NCBI GenBank assembly: GCA_951406725.2
Contig: OX597820.1
Coordinates: forward strand, 46,996,001 to 47,060,000
Direction of reading: 5' to 3'
DNA from: Octopus vulgaris
Lineage: Eukaryota
Length of the DNA stretch: 64,000 bases
This document shows positions 1 through 13,194 of this stretch, piece by piece. Each line of letters starts with the position of its first letter. Within the stretch, counting starts at the first letter, position 1. The translations under genes were made by a program, and so were the position numbers. Under the pieces are notes generated by a model that was given only the letters and a program-made list of their open reading frames with translations, did not search any database and was not told where the DNA came from.

Positions 1-480
1 TTTAGCAAAGTTAAGGTTGATAACATTTCTCAATGAACCACCATCATTAACTCGGGTGATGTTCTCAAGAAACTCGATGAGTCGGCTACAGCCATTGGAG
101 TTAGTAATCCAAATCCAAATTGTGAGGGTCGAACATGGTTGCGAGGTCTCCAAAAGTTCCAGAGTGTTTCTCTGACACAGAACTCCATCAGTTTGGCGAT
201 GCAGCTAGTAAGGTTGACTGGAAGGTGATGTGCGATCAGTTTTATTTTATTATTTTTTTAACAGAGGAACAGCACTGTCACTTTTCCAGTGTTCTAGAGC
301 GACACAGTTGTTAAGGCAGAATTGAAAGTAAAAGGGAAGCTGGTGCAAAAGCAAGAACCCGCTACGTATGAGAAGCAAACGAGTAACATCCATCAAGACC
401 AGGAGAGGCATAGTTGCGCTTATTCTTGAGGTGGCGTCGTAGAATTGCGGGTGTAGATTTCGCACATGCTATGGAATTCG
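1..480 (-). mobile_element. Decayed non-LTR retrotransposon (CR1/L2/Jockey-like) reverse transcriptase fragment
   Basis: Minus-strand translation gives WKSDSAVPLLKK, PVNLTSCIAKLME, SQFGF and VINLNFAK, matching the LINE RT motifs W...V.PL.K, NYRPISLTS..K..E, QFGF and D.IYLDF.KAFD; broken by frameshifts and stops. Confidence 0.85.
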
Positions 481-615
481 ATGTCAGAGTTGGTGAAGAA
501 GGTACATTTGGATTTTCAACCGTAAAAATGCCAGCATAGCGTTCAGCAATAAGCTCAGCACATTTCTTGGGATCATCACTGATCTGGTCTGTGTGGGGAC
601 TGTAAAGAGGGTCAA

Positions 616-704
<89 letters not shown>

Positions 705-707
<3 letters not shown>

Positions 708-840
708 AGCTTCTTTCAGTTTCCGTCTTCCAAATACACTCAAGCTTTTGGTCGGTCCGAGGCCATAGCAGAAGACTCTTTCCCAAGATATCATGCGGTA
801 GGGGCTGAACCCAGAAACCATATAGTTGGGAAGCCACGCC
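705..840 (-). mobile_element. SINE family A, 5' fragment
   Basis: Reverse complement of the family A head and body (tttcagtttccgtc...ggtcggtccgagg). Confidence 0.8.
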
Positions 841-1182
841 TATAATTATTGCACTTAAATTTTAACAATAAAATTTCACATGGACCCCGGTTGAAAAAAA
901 CTACTCCGCTACTATAATATTAGGTTCGAGAAGATCCATATTAATGTCTTGAAAAACATGATATTCATCATTTTGTTAAACACAAAAATGATACATAAAA
1001 CAAAGCGAGCAACAGATTTCTATATATTTTGTTAGATTTTTAACAGTAAAACTTTTGCCTTAACTTTCCACGCAAGATGCGCCAGAAAATTTTTTGTTTG
1101 ATGCGAAGTACGTTAGTAATATTTTTCCTGTGCCAAGAACTCCAAAAAGATTGAGAATGTATGTGTGAGTGTGTGTATATAC

Positions 1183-1217
<35 letters not shown>

Positions 1218-1729
1218 TACACACACACATACACACACACATATATTCATACATACATACATACGTACGTACATACATACATAGAGAGAGAGAGGCTGAG
1301 AGACAGAGATTGGGGAGAAAGGCGTGGAGAGAAGCATCAGTTGATAAACACACCAGAGAATTCCACCGGCATGCGCGCGCGCAACACACACATACACACA
1401 TGCAAGCACGCACACAACTGGAAGATTAGCTTTGGACGATTTATTAATGCCAAAATATAGGCGAAAAAACAACACGTAGAAATAGCAGACGTGAAATAAA
1501 CTACGAAAGAATTGTGGGGTTAACAATAAAACAGTTATAAATCGACCATGATGATTTTATCAGTTACGACATCGTTTCCATGACACCTTACTACCGAGTA
1601 AAAGAAAAAAAATATGCGCCATTCATCCCTTCATTCAGAAGGTGAGTCGGAGAAGTCATTGAAACCTTAAAATGCATAAGAATGTGACTACTTCAGTAAA
1701 ACATAACGAATTAATAAATATCTTTTATC

Positions 1730-2150
1730 TTTTGTGTTTTTATTTGTTTCTGTCTTTGGATTGCGGCCATGCTGGGGCACCGCCTTGAAAGGTTTAGTTA
1801 AACAAATCGACCCCAGTATATTAAAAAAAAAATCAAGTGTGGTATATATCTTTTAGAAGTCGTTTTCGTTTGCCGAACCACTAAGTATCTGGGACGTAAA
1901 CAAAGCAATACCAGTCATCAAGTGGTGGTGGTTGTGGTGGTGGTGGAGACAGATAAAAACACAAAGGTACACACACATGCAAATATATACGACGGACTTC
2001 TTTCAGTTTCCGTCTACCAAATCCACTCCCAAGGCTTTGGGTCGGTCTGAATCTATTGTGGAAGAGACTTGCTCAAGGCTTCACGCAGGGGAACTGAACT
2101 TGAAACTATGTGAGTGAGAAATCAAACTTGTAACTACCCAACTATGCCTA
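1730..2150 (-). mobile_element. SINE family A, near full length, diverged
   Basis: gcggccatgctggggcaccgcc, gccgaacc and tttcagtttccgtctaccaaatccactc blocks in reverse orientation. Confidence 0.85.
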
Positions 2151-2164
2151 CAACTGTCTCTCTC

Positions 2165-2335
2165 TCTAGCCACTACACACATTTTTTTTCTCTCCTTGTG
2201 TTTTCTGTGTACCTTTCTGTAGAAGAGCATAGGCTCGAAACGTAAAATACTTTTTCTATTCCTGAGCGTTATATTAATATATCTGTTTGTTTTGTACACC
2301 ACTCGTCTTCGTCTTTTGTTTTTTTCGTAAACTCT

Positions 2336-2340
<5 letters not shown>
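2165..2340 (+). mobile_element. Non-coding Penelope-pLTR-like unit, hammerhead family F1
   Basis: CTTT-CTGTAGA-A-GAGC atag GCTC-GAAA-CG-TA-AAA at about 2213-2247; 3' end abuts (TA)n; homologous copies at 27040, 32615, 43283, 55205, 60178. Confidence 0.75.
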
Positions 2341-2390
<50 letters not shown>

Positions 2391-2472
2391 GGTCCCGGGT
2401 TGAGTCGGGGTTAACCACAGTAAATAAGGTACTCAATACATAGCAGAGTAAATTAATTTATTATATAGAAGG

Positions 2473-2523
2473 AGCTTCTACAGGACTAGAACTGTTTCAT
2501 TCAAAAGAAATCATCAGGAAGCT
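2473..2523 (-). ncRNA. Type I hammerhead ribozyme motif (F7)
   Basis: Reverse complement AGCTTC-CTGATGA-TTTCttttGAAT-GAAA-CAGttctagtcCTG-TA-GAAGCT: 6-bp stem I, canonical core, stem III; lies in a unique unit (2388-2720) bounded by (TA)n. Confidence 0.75.
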
Positions 2524-2716
2524 AGTTGACAAGAGTTGTTTTGGCATTTATACATTTAGGCAGGTTTAAAGGGGGGGGACTTTTTGGGGGTAGGCATGGC
2601 GCAAAACTATCAGTATTAGGGGAGTGGTCAAAGGAATCGGTGGTAAAGTAGATAAAAGAATAAATAAAAGAATAAAAGAATAAATAGAAAAATAGAGTTT
2701 TAGGTAAGTAAGGAGA

Positions 2717-2796
<80 letters not shown>

Positions 2797-2802
2797 GTAA
2801 GT

Positions 2803-2845
<43 letters not shown>

Positions 2846-3089
2846 GGTGGGAGGTACATGTGCGCGTGCGCAACAGTAGCTCATTAGAATATAACACAAA
2901 CACAAAGAGAATCATAAAGCGTTGTCAAATTGTCTCAACTCCACGGCTAAGGCTTTCAAAGTGCTGCACATTTATCTACATTGCACAGGTTTTAGTTATT
3001 CCGATTTACGCCGTACCCTATATAAATACATACTATTTCATAAAGTACATACTGACGTATTAAATTCAGATCAAGAAATTTATTAATAA

Positions 3090-3295
3090 CACAGTTCTAT
3101 ATTTAAGAGATGAGGAATCATGTACATTATTTACATTTGACGGATATTTGTCCTCATCTTGTTTTTTTTTATTAAACACAACGTTTCGGCTGATATACCA
3201 TTCAGATCACTGCTTGGAATCGAACTCGGAATCTTGGGGCTAGTAGCCCGCGCACTTAACCACTACGCCATATGCCCGTGGGTATAATAATAATG

Positions 3296-3362
<67 letters not shown>

Positions 3363-3364
3363 TG

Positions 3365-3447
<83 letters not shown>

Positions 3448-3607
3448 AATGATAATAATAATATAATGATAGATAATGATAATAATAATATCGAAAAATA
3501 CCTGGGAATGAGAAGCCAGGTTCGAAATTTCCCCAAGACATCTGCTGAAGGCTGGAGGGTATATCAGCCGAAACGTTGTATTAACAACAAACAAGATGAG
3601 GACAAAT
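3090..3607. mobile_element. Inverted-arrangement Penelope-pLTR module with tRNA-like head, (AAT)n and hammerhead (F3)
   Basis: Minus arm 3090-3285 has a tRNA-like head plus the hammerhead 3' half and tail; plus arm has (AAT)n and a hammerhead at 3537-3582 (CTGCTGA-A-GGCTG..CAGCC-GAAA-CG-TT); homologous to 11700-12045. Confidence 0.75.
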
Positions 3608-3765
3608 AACTTAGCGGTTCAGCAATAGAGACCGATAGAACAAGTACCAGGCTTTAAAAAAAATTATTGGGATCGATTCATTCGACTAAAAATTCTTCAA
3701 GATGGTGTCCCATCATGATCGCAGTCTAAAGACTGAAACAAGTAAAAGATAAGATATAAAGATAG
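3607..3765 (+). mobile_element. SINE family A, 3' part
   Basis: aacttagcggttc...gactgaaacaagtaaaagataag tail. Confidence 0.8.
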
Positions 3766-3997
3766 CCTTTAGAAAATGTAACTAAATTTACATAAGACTG
3801 AACTAATTAATATAATGCGAAGAAAAGGTTTTGAGTAATGGCTAATATTTTTTAATTCTTCAGAGTGCAATGGTATTAATCGTCAAATGTTCTAGGCTCA
3901 GCTGGCTCCGGCTGACAGCACCCAGTAAGGCACTCGTCTATAGGATTCCAGACTAGGTCTTTGGCAGCAAGCTGATTAATGTGGCAACAGTGATTTA

Positions 3998-4205
3998 AAG
4001 CGGCAAGCTGGCAGAATCGTTAGCATGTTGGCCCAAATGCTTTGCGGTATTTCGGCCGTCTGTACATTGTTCAAATTCCGCCGAGGTTAAATTTGCTTTT
4101 CGTCCTTTCGGAGTCGATAAAATCAGAACCTGTTGAGCACTGACGTCGATGTAATCGACGTATACCTTCCCCCAGAATTGCTGGCCTTGTACCAAAATTT
4201 GAAAC
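3998..4205 (+). mobile_element. SINE family B
   Basis: ggcaagctggcagaatcgttagc (A-box-like), gttcaaattcc (B box) and the cctttcggagtcgataaaat central domain. Confidence 0.8.
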
Positions 4206-4519
4206 TGATGTGGTAAGAGTGATTGACAACACACTGACAATTCAGTGACGTCATCAAAGATCGCTGGTCACTTGGGACACTCGACGTCTATCCTCAACAA
4301 TTTACTGTTCTGGCAATATAATTTCTGTTCTGACTGCGACGTAATCGAAAAGTAGCTCCACTCTAGCTTATTAAGCACCAAAATACCTGCTTCCTGAACC
4401 AATAGAGGCGAGCACCGACGATATATTGACACGAGGCATAACTTATACTGGATAAAGGGTAAGGTCTTGCAAGTATGACACGCAAATTCGTGAAGCGTTC
4501 CACATAACTTCGTATGCGC

Positions 4520-4895
4520 AGGCATGGCTGTATGGTTAAGAAACTCAGTTGGAAACTACGTGGTTTCGTGTTCAGTCTCAGTGCACGGCACCTTAGGCGG
4601 GGGCTAGTGCCTTCAATTATAGCCCCGGATTGACCAATGCCTTATGAGTGAATTTGGTAAATAGGAACTGTGGGACCCTGTTGTATATGTGTGTGTATGT
4701 AAGTAAGTCTTTGTGGTTGTCTCCTCTCACTAACCACCACCATTGCTTTGCAACCGGTGTTGGTTTGCTTACGTCCTCGTAACGTAGCGGTTCGGCATAA
4801 TGGACCAATAAAATAAACACAAGATTTCAAAATGAATAGCGAGGTCGATCTATCCCTCAGCATGGCTGCAGTCCAATGACAGAAACAAGTAAAGG
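4520..4895 (+). mobile_element. SINE family A, full length, diverged
   Basis: tggctgtatggttaag...gttcagtc head through acagaaacaagtaaagg tail. Confidence 0.85.
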
Positions 4896-5479
4896 TTAAC
4901 GGTACTGCGAGGTAAATACCAACACTATTACAGCAGCCTCTGCCCGAATCCTCATCAGCAGTGCGATCATCATTAACAACATAACCATCGCCAACTTCAT
5001 CACCTCCTCCATCGCCACTAGCATAGCCACTACTATCGCCATCATCAACATGGACTGTTTTGTCGAGACGTTTAGACGTTTAGATGTTTAGATCACTCTA
5101 GCTTATTATGCACCAAAATACCAGCTTGTTTAATCCATAGAAGCAAGCTCCTTTCATTATAAATGAATTATATTAAATAAAATGTAAGATCTGGACTATT
5201 TGTGAGTATAAACATTTCGAAAGTGAAACAAACTGGTTTGCTGCGTGGAAGAGGAAAGCCTAAAGCAATAATTCTCAACCATTTTTTTTTTTTATCTATG
5301 GATCTTTTTGGTTACTATTTTATTCTAGTGGGACCTCATAGCCAATTGGATGTCTAAAACAAGACTAGTTTCATACATACTTCCTTCAAAATTCCTGTTT
5401 TGTTTTTCACCCATTTACTTGTGTAGGTTTTCAATGGGATTGTCTGATGGAACATGTTCAGTAGCCAGAAACTTTTTGG

Positions 5480-5685
5480 TTTCAAATTTTGGCACAAGGC
5501 TAGCAACTTCGTGAAGTGAGGTAAGTCGTTTACATCGTCCCCAGTGATCGACTGGTACTTATTTTATCGACCCCGAAAGAATGAAAGGCAAAGTCAACTC
5601 CTGCGGCATTTGAACTCAAAATGTGAAGTCGGAAGAAATGCCGCTGAGCACTTTTTCCCAGCTTGGTAACGATTCCGTCAGCTCG
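5480..5685 (-). mobile_element. SINE family B
   Basis: actggtacttattttatcgaccccgaaag...ggcatttgaactc, the reverse complement of family B. Confidence 0.8.
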
Positions 5686-5799
5686 TAACCAGAAACATTG
5701 AACTTCAAGCATTAGAGAAAGAAACCTAGTTGTTTCTTGTAATAAATACATCTTAAGCAAAATTTTGTCAGGGATTCTTGAAGTACTGTTTTGGATCCC

Positions 5800-5985
5800 C
5801 AAAATGCTTAGAGGTATATCGTGTCCGTCTATACGTTCGTTCTGAGTTCAAATTCCGCCGAGATCGACTTTGCCTTTCACCCCCAATCGGGGTCGATAGA
5901 ATAAGTACCAACTGAGTTCTGGGGTCCGATGTAATCGACTTACCTTCTCTACCAAAAACTGCCAGCCGTGTGCCAAAATTTGAAA
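5800..5985 (+). mobile_element. SINE family B, inverted relative to the 5480-5685 copy
   Basis: gagttcaaattccgccgagatcgactttgcctttca...ggggtcgatagaataagtacc. Confidence 0.8.
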
Positions 5986-6399
5986 AACCAATATTTACCG
6001 ATCTAGTAAAGTTGAAGGGCAAAATTGACCCCGATTAGATTTGAACTCAAAACATAGAGAAGTGGTAGCGGTGGTTATGATGCGGGTGGTTATGGTGGCG
6101 ATGCTGATTGTAGTAATGATGATGGTTGTGGGTGGCGATGGTAGCGTTGATGATAGCGGTTCTGATGGTAGACACAGATGTTTTGTCAGTAACCGACAAG
6201 AGTAACATTCTTAGAATCTCTCTAATGGAGAGTTCAGTCCAAATTGTAAAAGTTTGTTCTTTTACCTTGCTACAAAACCAATTTATTCTACTCTCGAACG
6301 GTTTATAATTCACTTGATGATGTTAGGCTAACAGCTGTTAAGTGCTTATTAATACAGCTACGCAGTTAGACAGAATGATATACCGAACTCTTATTTTAA

Positions 6400-6881
<482 letters not shown>

Positions 6882-7109
6882 GTGTGTTATGGATACGTAA
6901 GTCAAGGAATACATCCAAATTTCTCGGCAGCACAGCAAGGCTAATGAACTGACTTGCAAAGTTTTGAACTTTTTTTCATAAAAGTTCTTTGTCAGAGTTC
7001 ATTTAACACCGGTTGTTATGATGCTGGCTAGGAACAGCTTAGAGAGTCATGTTATAAAACATGGCTAGAAAACAGCTTGGAACAACATGACGGTGACGGT
7101 GTGACTGGG

Positions 7110-7620
7110 TGGTGGAGGTGGTGGTGGTGGTGGTGGTGGTGGTGGTGGTGGTGGTGGTGGAGGTAGGGGTGGGCGTAGTGGCGGTCGCGGCATATGTATT
7201 GGTGTTGGTTTTGGTGGTGGTAGTGGTAGTGATGTTGATGTTGTTGGTGGTGATGGTGATGGTGATGGTGGTGGTTGTAGTGGCGGCGACGTTATATGTA
7301 TTGGCGCTGGTGATGGTGGTAGTGGTAGCATTGTTGTTGTTACGGTGGTGGTGGTGGTGTTGGTAGTGGTGGTGGTGGTGGTAGGGGTGGGCGTAGTGGC
7401 GGTCGCGGCATATGTATTGGTGTTGGTTTTGGTGGTAGTGGTAGTGATGTTGATGTTGTTGGTGATGGTGGTGGTGATGGTGATGGTGATGGTGGTGGTT
7501 GTAGTGGCGGCGACGTTATATGTATTGGCGCTGGTGATGGTGGTGGTAGTAGCATTGTTGTTGTTGTTACGGTGGTGGTGGTGGTGGTGATGGTGGTGTT
7601 GGTAGTGGTGGTGGAAGCTG
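7110..7620. repeat. (GGT)n-rich tandem duplication, unit about 225 bp
   Basis: ggtaggggtgggcgtagtggcggtcgcggcatatgtattgg occurs at about 7162 and 7380 with the same following sequence. Confidence 0.9.
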
Positions 7621-7930
7621 TGGTGGCGAGTATTCTTGGTAGTGATGGGTGCCAATGGCGGCGATGGTGGTGTTGGTATTGGTCTTGGCGGTGGCTGAGG
7701 ATGTTTGTGGTATAGTTGTGGTGGTGGCGGTGTTGATGGTATATGAAGTCGTGTCAGTAAACTCCAACACCATCATCTTGAACAATGGCCAAGACTGAAG
7801 TAAAGAAGGAAAAAAAGGAAAATAAAAAGTGAAAAATAATTCTTTTTCCTCTATTATCAGTCTTAAAATAAATAACAATGGATTTGGAGTAGACGTACAT
7901 ATGGACACACACGCACACACACACGCATGC

Positions 7931-7965
<35 letters not shown>

Positions 7966-8271
7966 AACACAAACGCACACATACAAACACACACGCACAC
8001 GTACACCACATGAATGCGTAGAAGCATATATTAGTGTGCGCGTGTATATATGTACGTAGCTACGTATGTATGTATGTATGTATGTATGTATGTATGTATG
8101 TATGTATGTATGTATGTATGTGTGTATGTATGCGTGTATACAGACAGAAGCACGTACACGAACATAACACCCCCACACATTTACACTCCCATATGCATAT
8201 GTATGAAATAAGTTTCAATGCACGTGTGTCGATGTATATATATATATATATATATACATTCATATATACAT

Positions 8272-8342
<71 letters not shown>

Positions 8343-8343
<1 letters not shown>

Positions 8344-9635
8344 TTCCTTTTCCTGTCTTATACTGTTCACAATTTGCACTGTCGTTACTGTCCTGTTGTT
8401 ACTATTTTTTATCCCTCTGCGAACGGATCTCAGAATTTTAATTGATTTGCTTTTCGCAGGAAGGAAAGTTTTCTTGTCGAAGATACGTCTCGCTTTTATC
8501 CTTCGAAACGTAGAGTAGATGAAAGCTTTAGCGACTGAAGAAGGGGTTTTTCCTTGTGTTAATTTGTCCTGTATTCTATTTTTTTGCTGTTTTTAATAAA
8601 TGTCCTATTCCTTTGGTTTGTGTCTATGTTTTCGTTTCTCATTGTGTTCGACGTCCTTTTTGGTGTCCTGTACTCATATATGCGTGTATATGTACATGTA
8701 GAGGTAGGTACGTACATATATGTTTAGATATATGCATATGTTTTATTTTATTTATTAATATATTATATGATGAAACGCACGCACCCCTTAATTAAGATTG
8801 TTCTTTATATCAAGTTTTTGTTCTTGATATTAACTCTCACGCGCACTCTCAACCTTTCTGTCCCATCCCTTTCTCATCCTTTATTCTTTGTTTTCCTTTT
8901 CCTCTACTTAACCTGTCTCTTCCTCTCTCTCATTCTTCACTCTCTCTCTCCCTCTCTCCATTCTTCATGGTTTCCACGCAGCCATTCCCCTTCTCCTCTC
9001 CCTTTCTCTTGCTCCTCCTCCCCCCTTCCCATCGTTCACCCGCGACGTGACTTCCGCCTTCCCGTCGTTCACCCGCGACGTCACCTCCGCTGCTGTCTCT
9101 CTGGCCTGGCTCTTTCAAGGTAATGGACGACACTCTTTTTGCTCCGCTCGTCGTCCATAAAAAATTCTGCGTTTGCAATACTTTTTTTCGTTCGGCGTCA
9201 ACAGCCCTTCTTATCTTGTTTTCCTTGTCCTGTCTTATACTGTTCACAATTTGCACTGTCGTTACTGTCCTGTTGTTACTATTTTTTATTCCTCTGCGAA
9301 AGGATCTCAGAATTTTAATTGATTTGCTTTTTGCAGGAAGGAAAGTTTTCTTGTCGAAGATACGTCTCGCTTTTATCCTTCGAAACGTAGAGTAGATGAA
9401 AGCTTTAGCGACTGAAGAAGGGGTTTTTCCTTGTGTTAATTTGTCTTGTATTCTATATTTTGCTGTTTTTAATAAATGTCCAGTTCCTTTGGTTTGTGTC
9501 TATGTTTTCGTTTCTCATTGTGTTCGACGTCCTTTTTGGTGTCCTGTACTCATATATGCGTGTATATGTACATGTAGAGGTAGATACGTACATATATGTT
9601 TATATATATGCATATGTTTTATTTTATTTATTAAT
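8343..9635 (+). mobile_element. Non-coding element with about 420-bp direct terminal repeats, bounded by (TA)n
   Basis: 8343-8760 is nearly identical to 9218-9635 (period about 875 bp); relatives at about 23750-24090, 54080-54159 (minus) and 59030-59250. Confidence 0.75.
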
Positions 9636-9666
9636 ATATATATATATATATGTGTATATATCTATA

Positions 9667-9730
<64 letters not shown>

Positions 9731-9820
9731 TAGATGTATACACACACACATATATATATATGTACACGCATACATCGACATATGTACACATACATACATT
9801 CATACATATATATATAATCA

Positions 9821-9851
<31 letters not shown>

Positions 9852-9864
9852 ACTTATATATGTA

Positions 9865-9947
9865 ATGTCACACCAGTATCGGTTGTCGAGCGATGTCATG
9901 GGGAGACAAACACAGACACACAAACATACACACACACATACAGTAAT

Positions 9948-10021
<74 letters not shown>

Positions 10022-10051
10022 AATACGCACATACACACACACGCACACACT

Positions 10052-10116
<65 letters not shown>

Positions 10117-10275
10117 ATGTATATATATACAGTTTCCGTCTACCAAATCCACTCACAAGGCTTTGATCGGTCCGAGGCTATAGTAGAAGACACTTGGTCA
10201 AGGTGCCACGCAGTGGGACTGAACCCGGAACCATGTGGCTGGTAAGCAAGCTACTTACCATATACCCACTCCTAC
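9865..10275 (-). mobile_element. SINE family A with expanded internal CA/TA tract
   Basis: cagtttccgtctaccaaatccactcacaagg...gggactgaacccggaaccatgtgg. Confidence 0.85.
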
Positions 10276-10339
10276 ACTTACATATATAAATTTCAAAAAT
10301 TTTTAATTGTTTCAGCTTCAAAGCTGCGGTCATACTACG

Positions 10340-10391
<52 letters not shown>

Positions 10392-10394
10392 CTA

Positions 10395-10842
10395 CAACAA
10401 AACACACACACGAGACATATACACGCACACACATATTCCTTCTTGTTTCTGACCTGTGACTCGCTATTGCTGCTTGCCACTAGCCTTCGCCCACCATATA
10501 CACACATACACACACACGCACACACTCACACACACACCCTTGTCATCTCGCACACCGTTGTTTACCATTCCTTCTTTTTCCGCTCTCTTGTCTTTGAAAA
10601 CCTGCTCCCTCTTGTTTACCACTTCCGCCTTTTCAGTATGTTGACCTCGTGAAAACCACTTGCATTTTTTTTCCCTCTGTCCTCCCACCTCGGGATCTTA
10701 CTTTCTCCTATGTTTCCGACGAAGAGCTCCGCTCGAAACGTCATACCCTCCTTCTTCCCTTTTTTCCTGAGCGCCCAATAATACTTTATTTGTTCCACAT
10801 CCTCGCGTTGTTGTCTTTTTGTTTTCTTGTTTGGATTAACTT
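10395..10842 (+). mobile_element. Penelope-pLTR-like unit, hammerhead family F2
   Basis: GTTT-CCGACGA-A-GAGC tcc GCTC-GAAA-CG-TC-ATAC at 10712-10746; 3' end runs into (TA)n; homologous to 56390-56575. Confidence 0.7.
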
Positions 10843-10869
10843 TATATATATATATATATATATATACAT

Positions 10870-11045
10870 ACTTTTATTTTTTTCTTTTATTCTTTTATTT
10901 GTTTCAGCCATTTGACTGCAGCCATACTGGAACACCACTTTAGTCGAGCAAATCGATCCCAGGACTTTGTAAGCTTAGTACTTATTCTATCGGTCTCTTT
11001 TACCGAAACGCTGAGTTACAGGGCCGCAAACAAACCAACGTCGCT
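10870..11045 (-). mobile_element. SINE family A, 3' part
   Basis: tgtttcagccatttgactgcagccatactgg...tacttattctatcggtctctt. Confidence 0.8.
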
Positions 11046-11049
11046 ACTT

Positions 11050-11676
11050 AAAAAAAATAAGTAGCGATCGTAATACCCACCACGAAGAAATGATCAAACT
11101 CTGTAACAATCTATTAAGCAGCAACTACTCCCAAAGCATACTATCCACTCCAATTATAAAGAAAAGAGAGGATGAAACCAATGAACTGTCCACAGTCTGT
11201 CTACCCTACGTGAAAGGCCTCTTCGAAAAGATACAAAAGATATGCGTCCCATATGACATCAGGACAGTATTCAAGAGTAATACAACACTTCGCAAATATC
11301 TCCTCCGAGTAAAACCACCAATAGAAGAGAATATGACCAAAAACTGCGTGTACTCCATCCCATGCAGCTGTGGTAAGTTATACAAAGGCGAAACATGCCG
11401 TCCCTCAAAATAAGGGTAGAAGAACATCGCCAAGCTGTGACACGAGATGATATTGATAAATCGGGTATAGCTGATCTTGTATGGAAAAATGGAGACCACG
11501 TTTCTCTGTCGGATGAAGTTAAAATAATAGACAGAGAACACCACTGGAAAATACGAAAACTAAAAGAAGTAGCAGTTATGCTAGGACGCAACAACCTCCT
11601 TAGCAGACTGAGTGCAAATATGAATAGCACATGGGAACCGGTATTAAGGAAGGATAGGAAAATATTAGATGTATAA
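11050..11676 (+). pseudogene. Penelope-like element C-terminus (RT thumb plus GIY-YIG endonuclease), frameshifted
   Basis: LPYVKGLFEKI...NCVYSIPCSCGKLYKGETCR, frameshift near 11400, then LKIRVEEH...SGIADLV...H...KLKE: GIY-YIG motifs with the CCHH-like residues typical of the Penelope/Poseidon group. Confidence 0.9.
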
Positions 11677-11699
11677 GCCCTAAAATTCACTCCATAATT

Positions 11700-11761
11700 G
11701 CCCACGAGCAAATGGCGTAGTGGCTAAGAGCGGGGCTACTAACCCCATGATTCCGAGTTCG

Positions 11762-11762
<1 letters not shown>
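11700..11762 (+). promoter_or_regulatory. tRNA-like segment (Pol III A and B boxes) in the Penelope 3' repeat
   Basis: TGGCGTAGTGG A box at 11713-11723, anticodon-arm-like ggggctactaacccc, GAGTTCG B-box-like; a second copy at 3205-3285 (minus) has GAGTTCGATTCC. Confidence 0.65.
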
Positions 11763-11830
<68 letters not shown>

Positions 11831-11831
11831 T

Positions 11832-11864
<33 letters not shown>

Positions 11865-11944
11865 AATAATAATAATAATAATAATAACAACAACACATCG
11901 AAAATTACCTTAGGAATGAGAACCCAGGTTTGAAATTTCCCCAA

Positions 11945-11990
11945 GACACCCGATGAAGGCTGGAGGGTATATCAGCCGAAACGTTGTGTT
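11945..11990 (+). ncRNA. Minimal type I hammerhead ribozyme motif (F3)
   Basis: GACAC-CCGATGA-A-GGCTG gagggtatat CAGCC-GAAA-CG-TT-GTGTT; 5-bp stem I, 5-bp stem II, palindromic ACGT stem III; downstream of the GIY-YIG ORF. Confidence 0.8.
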
Positions 11991-12129
11991 AACAAGAAAC
12001 ATGATGAGGACAAATATCCGTCAAATGTAAATAATGTAAATAATGTGATCCTAATCTTCAGCCATTTTGAATTTCATGTAACTCCCAATAAATGTGTTGA
12101 ACGTCCTTCTCTCGTTTGTCCACTCACTC

Positions 12130-13151
12130 GTATGTATGTATGTGTGTATGAATGTATGTATGTATGTATGTATGTATGTATGTATGTATGTATGTATGTA
12201 TGTATGTATGTATGTATGTATGTATGTGTGTGTGTATGTGTGTGTGTGTGTGCTTGTAGGTATATGTATATATGCTAAAAAAATATATGGCGAAATTGAT
12301 AGACCTACAGTAAATCGCTAAAGTAAACAAAAGCCTGGACAGCATCAGAGAATGTGAAATAATAAAGATTACGGAATGAAATGTAAATTTAAGGGCGTAA
12401 AAATGATAGGAGAAGAGCGTTAAGAAGCTCAGAACACGGGAGGTTTGAAACTGCAACCATAAAGTAAGAGAATGAGGAAAAAAATTTTAAAATAAATGTA
12501 AAAGAAAAAAAAGCAAGACATTAATCGAAAGAATGAAACAAACTGAAGGAACAGAATAAATTAGGATTAAAGGGGTGGAGAAAGAATAAAAAAAAAGTAG
12601 TGTCCGTTTCCTAGAAACAGACAAAGTTTATTTTGTTAAAAGGCAAAATGGACGCTTGATTATTTTTGTCTGTTAACAACTGGGGGGACTTCGTTCGCTG
12701 TCTGTCTGCTGCCTTGCAACTCCTTTCTCCCACCGTTGCTTATGTGCATACGAAATGTATGTATGTATGTATGTATGTATGTATGTATGTATGTATGTAT
12801 GTATGTATGTATGTATGTATGTATGTATGTATGTATGTATGTATGTATGTATGTATGTATGTATGTATGTATGTATGCATGTATGTATGTATGTGTGTGT
12901 GTATGTATACATACATATATCTATATCTATATATATGCATGTATGTAAGTATACATATATACGTACATATAACTATGTATGTATGTATGTATGTATGTAT
13001 GTATGTATGTATGTATGTATGTATGTATGTTTATCCGAATATTTACATATGTATATATGTATAAATATATGTATAAGCATACATGTATTCATGTATGTAT
13101 CAGAAAACTCACAGAATATATATGTATATGTACACACACGCACACGTACAC

Positions 13152-13194
<43 letters not shown>

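Noticed and set aside
3205-3285. Possible tRNA gene (also 11700-11762 and the SINE heads)
   Set aside because: No complete acceptor stem or terminator, and each is embedded in a repeat module
7065-7655. His/Thr/Pro-rich 196-aa ORF
   Set aside because: Duplicated (GGT)n low-complexity DNA open in several frames, with no splice or domain evidence
8930-9256. 108-aa minus-strand ORF within the direct-repeat element
   Set aside because: No recognisable domain, partly low complexity, and the related copy at 23.7 kb does not appear to keep the frame
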